From: Deltaproteobacteria bacterium
GTDB taxonomy: Bacteria > Myxococcota_A > Polyangia > DRWM01 > JAAZOP01
Assembly (NCBI GenBank): GCA_016218815.1
Contig: JACRCX010000025.1
Coordinates: forward strand, 237,389 to 301,388
Direction of reading: 5' to 3'
DNA length: 64,000 nucleotides
Shown: positions 26,246-33,470 of the stretch, in pieces
Numbering within the stretch: the first letter of the stretch is position 1
Layout: the number at the start of each line of letters is the position of its first letter
Program-made: the position numbers and the translations under genes
The notes under the pieces: model-generated
What the model was told of the DNA's origin: nothing
The model's database searches: none
The model's input: only the letters and a program-made list of their open reading frames with translations

Positions 26246-29200
26246 ATGGCCAGGACGGCCGGGTGGGCGTCGATCGTGCTCGTCGCAGCCTCGATCTGCG
26301 CTTGTTCGAAGGGCGGGGGCCGGGGGGCGGGCCCGGGTGAGGCCGGGCCGACGGTCGACGACGACGCGGTGGGGCGGATGGTGGGTCGGTTGCGGGACCC
26401 GGGGACGCGCGAGAGCGGGTTGCAGGAGCTGGAGGGGCTGCTGGCCCAGATCGGCTCGTCGCAGGATCCGGGCATCCGGCGCGACAGCTTCGGCTCGCTG
26501 GCCACGCGCACGACATCGGCGCTGATCGAGGCGTTCGTGGACGAGCGGACGAGCGCGGCGGTGCGGGCGCGCATCGTCGTCGCGCTCGGGATCGTGGAGC
26601 CGCACGACGGCGACGCGGCGCGACGCGGCGCGGTGCTCGACCGGGTGTTCCTGCCGACGCTGGGGGAGCGGTTCGCGAGCGGGGCGACGGCGTCGGAGGC
26701 GCACGCGGCGCTGCTGGGCCTGCTGGAGCTGGCGGCGCCCTCCGCGGGTCCGCCGGTTTCCGGACCGGCGCTCGTGCGGGCGGCGGAGGCGGTGCGGGGG
26801 GCCGTGCGGGAGCTGTTGCGGGGGGATCGCACGCCGGTGCCGGCGGAGACGACGCCGGCAGCGGGAGTGCCGTATGTCAGCGAGGAGGATCTGCTGCTGG
26901 CGTGCCTGCACGCCACGGAAACGCTGCTCGACGTTCCGGGCGGGAGGGTGGCGGAGGCGGCGGGGCTCGAGACGGTGGGGGCGCCGCTGCGGGATTCCTC
27001 GCCGGCGGTTCCGGTGTCGGCGCGGCTGGCGGCGGCGGAGGCGGCGGGGCGGTTGTCGCAGCGGGTGAGCCAAGAGAGTGCGCCGGCGACGGCGGAGGCG
27101 CTGGTCGCGGGACTGTTCGTGCCGGCGGGCGGCGCCGAGGATGCGGTCGAGCTGCGGCTGGCGATCCGCAGGGCGATGATGCAGGCGAGCGCGCGGGGCG
27201 CGGGTTGGCGCGACGCGGTGGTCCGCGAGCTGTTGCGGGTGCTGGCGGCGGTGGCGGATCCGGCGCTCCTGGAGCGGACCGAGGCGTGGAAGGCGATGGG
27301 ACCGAACCGGGACGTCGCGAGCGTGGCGGCGCCGGGCGTCATCCTGCGGCGGGCGACGGGCGCGCTGGCGGACGTGCTTCCGCGGGGCGGGGAAGACGGA
27401 ACCGACGCTCCCGCGGACGCGCCGACGGCGCTCGCGGTCTCCGTGCTGCGATCGGAGATCGTGCTGGCGGCAGGCGCCATCACGCGCGGGGGCGAGGCGC
27501 TGGCCGGGGACGCGGGCGAGGCCACGATCGCGTGGGCCCTTGCCGCAGCCGACACGCTGGCGGCGGTGGGCGCGGCGGGGCCCGACGGCCAGAACGTCGA
27601 CCTGCTGGCATCGCTGGTGCGCGCGGCGGCGACGAACCTGCGGGCGCTGCCGTCGCCGCCTGCGGCTCTCGCCGGCGGCGCGGCGGTCCCGGGCGCCGGG
27701 GGGCGCGCCGTCTTCGCCGGGCTGCTCGAATCGCTGATCCGCTTCGGCCGCCCGACGCCGCAGACGCTCGTCGTGCTGGCCGACCTGGCGGCGCGCCCGA
27801 GCCTGACGGGCGTCCGCGAGGACGCGATCTTCCCGCCGTCGCGGGCCGAGGGTGTGGACGAGGACGCGGCGTTCGTTCGTGGCCGGGCCGCGCGAGCGTT
27901 CCTCGCGCTGTACCGGCGGGGCCTCCCGGGCACCGCGGAGGCCGAGCCGCCGGCGGAGGCGCTGCGGCTCCGCCTGGAGCGGGTCGAGCCGCTCCTGGCG
28001 CTGGAGCAGACGGACGCCGCGCGGGCTCCGTTCCGGCTCTGGCCGCCGCCCTTCGCCGTGGAGGAGGCGCCGGCGCCCGGGGCGATCGACTTCGCGGACT
28101 ATGCCGACGCGCTGGCGGCCTGCGCGCTGCCGGCGCCGGAGAACCCCGGGCACGTCGCGGCCTGGCAGGCAATGTCCGACGCCGACCGGGAGCGGTACTG
28201 CCGGGTCCGGATCGAGTCGTTCGGCCGCGAGCCCGCGCCCCCCCAGGAGGGTTTCGTGCCGGATCCGATGGAGCTGGCGGACGAGCGCTGCTGGGACGTG
28301 ATGCGGCGGGCGTACCAGCGCGAGGCGCAGTTCTGTTCGGCGCGGGATGCGCGGCGGACTCCGGACTTCGAGCTGCCCTTGACTGCGCCGCAGTGCCGGC
28401 AGGTGATGCTTCGCGAGAGCGCGCTGGGGACGTGCTTCAGCCTGCCGCGGCATCCGGACCGGCTGGAACGGGGGCAGCCGTCGCTGTGGGCGTGCTACGA
28501 GCGGTTCCCGTGGCTGCGGGAGCGCGAGCCGGTGGGTCCTGCCTGCCGCGGCCTGGCGGCGCGGATTCTCGCGGCGCGGCTGTTCGTCCGCTTGCGGGAG
28601 CAGACCGGGACGCCGGCGGCGGACGGTGCGACGCCGGCGCGACTGGAGGCGATCCTGCCCTTCGCGGACTTCCTCGCGCGCCTCGCCTCGCCGGGGGCGG
28701 CCGGCGACGACGCGTTCGTGAGCGCGCTCGAGCGGACGACGGCGGTGCTAGCCGAGGTGCAGCTCGACGTTCCGGTGTTCCGCCCGCCGCAGAGCCCGAT
28801 CGAGCGCGTGGTGCTCAACGTTCCGGCCGGCGCGTCGCGGGAGGCGACGGAGGACGAGGCGGAGCTGATTCCGGTCCCGTGGTACGAGCGGCCGGGATTC
28901 GTCGAGCGTCGCGCGACGACCTTCGCGGCGTTGCGCGAGGACTTCCGCAGGGCCTGCGGCGCGCCGGCGGACGACCCGCGGGGGCCGTGCGCGCCGGGCG
29001 GCGGAAACCTGGACGAGGAGCTGCAGGCGCCCGGTCCGGACGCGACGGGCGGCTCGATGGCGGCGGTGCTGGTCGAGGAGAGCCTGCCGGCGCTGCTGGC
29101 GGCGCTGGCGGCCACGGACGCGATCGACCTCCGCTGCTTCGCGGAGGGCGCCTACGGCGCCGAGTGCCTGCACGGCGTCATCGTCGAGCGGGCGGCGGCG

Positions 29201-29425
29201 AGCGCGGAGCGCGAGCGGGCGCTGCGACTGCTGCTGGCGCTCGACTTCGAGGACGACGTATCGCTGCGCGAGGCGTTGCTGGGATTGGCGGCGGCGCCGG
29301 CCGACCCGCTGGTCGAGCCGCTGCTGGGGTTCGCGCTGCGGCGCCTGGCGGTCGAGTGCCCTGCCTGCCCCGGCTCGCCGGGGTGCGGGGCGGGGCGGTG
29401 CGAGGCGTTGCGGTTCGGGGAGTGA
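26246..29425 (+). CDS. Large lipoprotein of unknown function (1059 aa, alpha-helical/HEAT-like by composition)
   Basis: ATG at 26246, lipobox AASICACSKGG. The frame is long, Leu/Ala-rich and of normal composition with high GC3. I recognise no catalytic motif. Confidence 0.65.
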   Translation: MARTAGWASIVLVAASICACSKGGGRGAGPGEAGPTVDDDAVGRMVGRLRDPGTRESGLQELEGLLAQIGSSQDPGIRRDSFGSLATRTTSALIEAFVDERTSAAVRARIVVALGIVEPHDGDAARRGAVLDRVFLPTLGERFASGATASEAHAALLGLLELAAPSAGPPVSGPALVRAAEAVRGAVRELLRGDRTPVPAETTPAAGVPYVSEEDLLLACLHATETLLDVPGGRVAEAAGLETVGAPLRDSSPAVPVSARLAAAEAAGRLSQRVSQESAPATAEALVAGLFVPAGGAEDAVELRLAIRRAMMQASARGAGWRDAVVRELLRVLAAVADPALLERTEAWKAMGPNRDVASVAAPGVILRRATGALADVLPRGGEDGTDAPADAPTALAVSVLRSEIVLAAGAITRGGEALAGDAGEATIAWALAAADTLAAVGAAGPDGQNVDLLASLVRAAATNLRALPSPPAALAGGAAVPGAGGRAVFAGLLESLIRFGRPTPQTLVVLADLAARPSLTGVREDAIFPPSRAEGVDEDAAFVRGRAARAFLALYRRGLPGTAEAEPPAEALRLRLERVEPLLALEQTDAARAPFRLWPPPFAVEEAPAPGAIDFADYADALAACALPAPENPGHVAAWQAMSDADRERYCRVRIESFGREPAPPQEGFVPDPMELADERCWDVMRRAYQREAQFCSARDARRTPDFELPLTAPQCRQVMLRESALGTCFSLPRHPDRLERGQPSLWACYERFPWLREREPVGPACRGLAARILAARLFVRLREQTGTPAADGATPARLEAILPFADFLARLASPGAAGDDAFVSALERTTAVLAEVQLDVPVFRPPQSPIERVVLNVPAGASREATEDEAELIPVPWYERPGFVERRATTFAALREDFRRACGAPADDPRGPCAPGGGNLDEELQAPGPDATGGSMAAVLVEESLPALLAALAATDAIDLRCFAEGAYGAECLHGVIVERAAASAERERALRLLLALDFEDDVSLREALLGLAAAPADPLVEPLLGFALRRLAVECPACPGSPGCGAGRCEALRFGE

Positions 29426-29452
29426 ATTCCGCGAGGTGAGCCATCCGATTCC

Positions 29453-29548
29453 GGAGTTCGCGCAAAGGGCGCAAAGGGACGCAGAGGGCGCAAAGGGGGG
29501 CGGCGGGGGGAGGGAACAGGGAACAGGAAACAGGAGACGGGAGACGGG
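29453..29548 (+). repeat. Composite tandem-repeat block: family B copy 3 (29453-29498) plus GGGAACAG/GGAGACG repeats (29511-29548)
   Basis: ggagttcgcgcaaagggcgcaaagggacgcagagggcgcaaagggg ... agggaacagggaacaggaaacaggagacgggagacggg. It lies immediately upstream of the ATPase gene. Confidence 0.9.
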
Positions 29549-29659
29549 CAGTGTTCAGGGGGGCGGCATCGGGAACTTCCCGGCGGCTTGTCCGGACACG
29601 GGGCGCCGTGTTACGGATCACATCGTCCCGGCAGCACGAGGACCGGGCAGGAGGCCGGC

Positions 29660-30724
29660 GTGATCGAGCAGATCTACGTGGTGAACTTCGGCTGCCTCCG
29701 GGTGGTGAAGGCTCGACTGACGCCCCTTCATGCGTTCATCGGTCCCAACGACACGGGCAAGAGCTCGATGCTCCGGGCGCTGGAACTGGTCGTGCTGGCG
29801 GCCGGTCGATCTCCGTCACGGCCTTTGGTCGGCGTCGGCTACAACCGCTTGGCGGCCCAAGTAGAGGATCGACTGGTTCAGGCTGGCGTTCCCGGGGGTG
29901 CTTCGTACTCCGTCGGGCGGAATGGCAAGCGCCTTTTCGAGGGTGTGACTGCGCCGAGCGGCGGTGGCAAGCAGGAGCCGATGGCCGACCTGATGACCTC
30001 GCAACTGCTGGGTGAACTCGGGGCGGCCGGGCCGTATCGCGTGCTGGTGGAGAATCTTCGCGGCGTGCGCCTGCTGCGGCTCGATCCGGACGCGCTGCGG
30101 TTGGCGAGTACCCTGCTGCCGGAGGGGTCATCGATCGGTTTCGCCGACGAGCGGGGGAGCGGGCTGCCGGGCGTGTACGACGCGATCATGAATCGTGGCG
30201 ACGATTCCTTCCGGAGCGTTGCGGACGACGTCCGGACGCTGTTCCCCACGGTGAAGAACCTGCGACTCAAGACCATCTCGCCGTCCACGAAGGTGATCGA
30301 GGTGGAGTTGACGGATGGGAAGAAGGTGACGGCGGACGAGATGAGCGAGGGACTCCTCTACTACCTCGGCTTTGCCGCCATCGGGTACCTCGAACCGACA
30401 TCCCTTCTGCTCGTCGAGGAGCCGGAGAACGGCCTGCATCCGTCCCGGATCGCGGATATCATTCACGCCTTGCGTGCGATCTCGGAGCGGGGCACGCAGG
30501 TCGTAATGGCGACCCACAGCCCGCTGGTGATCAACGAATTGCGACCGGAAGAGGTCACGGTGTTCACGCGCGACGCCGAGAAGGGCACGATCGTGACGCC
30601 GATTCTGGAAACGCCGCGCTTCGCCGAGCGCTCGCAGGTGTACGGTCTTGGCGAGTTGTGGCTGGCCTATGCGAACGGCAAGGACGAGGGTCCGCTGCTG
30701 GGCGGCGAGGGAACGTCGGCGTGA
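29660..30724 (+). CDS. ABC/AAA_21-type (OLD/PARIS-AriA-like) ATPase, no fused nuclease domain
   Basis: GTG at 29660. Walker A is GPNDTGKSS, Walker B/D-loop is LLLVEEPENGLHP, and the H-loop-like block is VVMATHSPLV. GC3 is visibly lower than in the flanking genes. Confidence 0.8.
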   Translation: MIEQIYVVNFGCLRVVKARLTPLHAFIGPNDTGKSSMLRALELVVLAAGRSPSRPLVGVGYNRLAAQVEDRLVQAGVPGGASYSVGRNGKRLFEGVTAPSGGGKQEPMADLMTSQLLGELGAAGPYRVLVENLRGVRLLRLDPDALRLASTLLPEGSSIGFADERGSGLPGVYDAIMNRGDDSFRSVADDVRTLFPTVKNLRLKTISPSTKVIEVELTDGKKVTADEMSEGLLYYLGFAAIGYLEPTSLLLVEEPENGLHPSRIADIIHALRAISERGTQVVMATHSPLVINELRPEEVTVFTRDAEKGTIVTPILETPRFAERSQVYGLGELWLAYANGKDEGPLLGGEGTSA

Positions 30725-31329
30725 GAGTGCTCCTCGCTGGCGAAGGGCCCACCGAGCTGGGTGATTGGCACAGGGAGCGGGCGTGGCGGCCCTCTCCGTG
30801 CGCTCCCGGCGTCGTCGAGGCGCTGGCGCGGGGGGTCGGCGACGGCGACTGGGTGATCGCGGACGCCGTTTCCTGGAAGTCCATCCGCAAGTACCGCCCG
30901 GGCGGGCACCGCCACGCGGAGGCGCGCAACGTTCTGGGGGTGGTCCTGATGGCCCGGGAACGTGGCATGGACGCCGTGTTGTTCGTGCGGGATCGCGATG
31001 GGCTGCCGGAGCGCGGCGCCGACGTGGAGACGGGAATGCGGGCGGCCGCCGGGAACCGCGATTTCAGAGGTGTGGCGATCGTGGGTGGAATCGCGGTCGA
31101 GGCCATCGAGGCATGGCTGCTCGCGTGGCTGGGAGAGCCGCGGACCGAAGAGGCGACAAACCCGAAGGCCGAGTTGGCGCGGCGGGGTTATGGAAGCTGC
31201 GAAGCCAAGGTCAGCCTGGTCCGCGAGCACGACGCGGCCGGCATACCGGAGGACGCGCAATCGCTCCGCACGTGGCTGGACCGTGTCCGACGGGTGTTCG
31301 GTCCAGCCGCGGAGCCGGTCTCCGGCTGA
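30721..31329 (+). CDS. DUF4276-like / Toprim-like protein (predicted nuclease partner of the ATPase)
   Basis: The GTG at 30721 overlaps the ATPase TGA (GTGA). The N-terminal VLLAGEGPTE supplies a Toprim-type Glu, FVRDRDG is DxD-like, and AVEAIEAWLLAWLG matches my recollection of the DUF4276 signature. Confidence 0.6.
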   Translation: MRVLLAGEGPTELGDWHRERAWRPSPCAPGVVEALARGVGDGDWVIADAVSWKSIRKYRPGGHRHAEARNVLGVVLMARERGMDAVLFVRDRDGLPERGADVETGMRAAAGNRDFRGVAIVGGIAVEAIEAWLLAWLGEPRTEEATNPKAELARRGYGSCEAKVSLVREHDAAGIPEDAQSLRTWLDRVRRVFGPAAEPVSG

Positions 31330-31459
31330 CGGCCGTGCATGGACAATTCGCCCTCCGCTCGGCAGTCGTTGACGTTCCGCCGGAACGCGGGCGCGGATCC
31401 GCGACCATGTTCTGCGGCGCGGTCAAAAAGCGGTCGGGGTGCAGGCCGGAGACCCGTTG

Positions 31460-33310
31460 CTACGGCGGCCCGACGGGGAGGGAGAGGGCGCAGGCGGGGT
31501 CGGCGAAGGGGTAGAGGTCGGCGACGGCGCGGAGCATGGCGGCGGCGTCGGTTCGGACGCGGTCGTGCAGGAGGGTGCGGCGCGCCTCGAGCGCGGTTTT
31601 CGCGGCTTCCTGCTCCTGGGCGGTGGTTTCCCGCCAGTCGCATTGCTGGCCCATGTTGGGCAGGACGCGGCAGTCCTGGACGCGGTTCACGCCCGCCAGC
31701 TCGCGGTCGATCATCCAGTCGATGTTGGCGAGGGCCCGTTGCGAAAGCTCGGCTTCGCTGCCGAGGGCGCCGGCGGCCAGGTCCGGCGTGTCGCCGACGG
31801 TGAACTGCGTGGCGCCGTTCGCGTCCTTGAACTCGATCTGGAACCGTCCCGGGGCCTGGGCGAAGGAATCCTGCTCGACGTACAGCTCGACGGTCCCGTC
31901 GGGCTCCAGCGGGTGGCGGGCGCGGGCATAGAAGCCGTCGGCCGGCTGGGTCTCGAAGGTTTCGTGGTTCGTACCCACCTCGATGCCGCGGCTCGTCCGG
32001 TCGTTGCCCGCGACGCCCGCCTCGCGCTTCAGGTAGCCGCCGGCGCGGCTCCAGTCGAGCGCTTGGGGCTCACGGCCCGCGTCCCGCTGGTGCGCCGACC
32101 AGCACTCGACCACACGCTGGATGTGCTCGGACGTCCGGCGCGTGACCGGCATGTCCAGGATCGACAGCACGTCCGGATCAGGGACACCCGCGTCCGCGGG
32201 CGGCCGGAAATCGCGGCTGCAGTTGACGGCGTTGTCCCGCCGCGCGCCGCCGATGGTCGCGCCGAGGTGCACCATGAGGCGGCCGTTCTGGACGTTGTAG
32301 CCGAGGTTCATCCCGCTGCAGTCCTGCGTCGAGGAGATCCAGTCGCGCTCCGGATCCTTGTACCGCTCGTCGCAGACGAATCCGTGCCCGGCGCCTTCGT
32401 CGATCGTGCCGACGACCCAGCCCTTCACGTCGGCGGGCGGAGCCAGGAAGAAGGTGAAGTTCGCGCACCAGACGCCCTCGAGCGCCTCGCAATCCATCAT
32501 CTGGACGGACTGTCCCGACATTCGCTGCGCGAGGAACTCGGGCACGACGGTCGTCCGCAGCCGCAGGAGCACCATCGGATACGGCGCGAACGCCTCGGTG
32601 AAGGTGCCGAACGGGGGCGCGGGCAGGGCCAGGCCGTACTCGAGCGTCACCGACGCGGGGAAGGTGCAGGGCGGCGTGCAGCCCGGCATTTCCTCGTGGT
32701 GGGCGTCGCGGCAGGTGAAGGCGACGACCCGCTTGATCCCGCTCACCGTTGATTCGTAGGCCGTCTCGCCCTCTTCGGATTCGCCGGGCATCGGGGAGAA
32801 GCCCGCCGCGGCCAGCGAAGCACGGACGGCGGCGGCGAGCTCCGCGCACGGCTCGCGCTCGGGCACGGTCTGGAGCCTCGCGTGCGCGACCAGGGAGTCG
32901 GGCGTGCGCGTGAGGTCAGGGGCGGCGCCGGCGACCGACGCCTGCGGCACGGCGGCCGCCCGCATCACATCGACGGCCCACGCCGGCGGCCACGTCTCGC
33001 CGCCGCCCTCCAAGCCCATCAGCCAGCGTGCGTAGGGCTCGGTCGTGGCGGCGGCGGCCTGGAGCCGCCGGGCCAGCTCCGGATCCTGCACGGCGATCGG
33101 TGCGGGCGTGCCGGACTCGGTGCCTGCGGCGCCGTCGGCTTCCAAGGGCGGAGGGGGCGGGACGTCCGCGGGGGCGGCGGGACCGGCCTGGTCGGCGGCC
33201 GTGCCCGGCTTCCGGGTGCAGGCTCCGCAGCTCGCGCCGAGCACGAGCAGCCCGAGCGCCGCGACGGCACGTCGATTCCGCAGTCCCGCGGCACCCTGTA
33301 CTTCCGGCAT
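31460..33310 (-). CDS. Lipoprotein of unknown function (616 aa)
   Basis: ATG at 33310, lipobox VLGASCGAC and a Pro-rich linker. Composition is normal and I recognise no domain. Confidence 0.6.
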   Translation of the reverse strand: MPEVQGAAGLRNRRAVAALGLLVLGASCGACTRKPGTAADQAGPAAPADVPPPPPLEADGAAGTESGTPAPIAVQDPELARRLQAAAATTEPYARWLMGLEGGGETWPPAWAVDVMRAAAVPQASVAGAAPDLTRTPDSLVAHARLQTVPEREPCAELAAAVRASLAAAGFSPMPGESEEGETAYESTVSGIKRVVAFTCRDAHHEEMPGCTPPCTFPASVTLEYGLALPAPPFGTFTEAFAPYPMVLLRLRTTVVPEFLAQRMSGQSVQMMDCEALEGVWCANFTFFLAPPADVKGWVVGTIDEGAGHGFVCDERYKDPERDWISSTQDCSGMNLGYNVQNGRLMVHLGATIGGARRDNAVNCSRDFRPPADAGVPDPDVLSILDMPVTRRTSEHIQRVVECWSAHQRDAGREPQALDWSRAGGYLKREAGVAGNDRTSRGIEVGTNHETFETQPADGFYARARHPLEPDGTVELYVEQDSFAQAPGRFQIEFKDANGATQFTVGDTPDLAAGALGSEAELSQRALANIDWMIDRELAGVNRVQDCRVLPNMGQQCDWRETTAQEQEAAKTALEARRTLLHDRVRTDAAAMLRAVADLYPFADPACALSLPVGPP

Positions 33311-33470
33311 GACCGATCCTCCTTGTCGCCCGGACCATCGCATCGAAGCGCGCCGGACGGCAAGGTCCGCCCGGCTCCGCACGCGACGTCCGGATGGCGA
33401 CGACGCCCCGACGGCGAACGCGAAGCCGAGGTGTTCGGGACCGCCACGCGCCCGCCCGTGCCGAGTCCCT

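Noticed and set aside
29453-29548. Possible CRISPR array suggested by the dense repeats upstream of the ATPase gene.
   Set aside because: The repeat units are only 7-10 bp and directly abutting, with no spacers of unique sequence. No cas genes are in the window.
29425-31460. Mobile-element boundaries (integrase, tRNA target, direct repeats) around the ATPase/DUF4276 islet. The same was checked around the MmeI-like gene.
   Set aside because: No integrase or transposase ORF, tRNA or matching flanking direct repeats could be found by eye. The only evidence for acquisition is the lower GC3.
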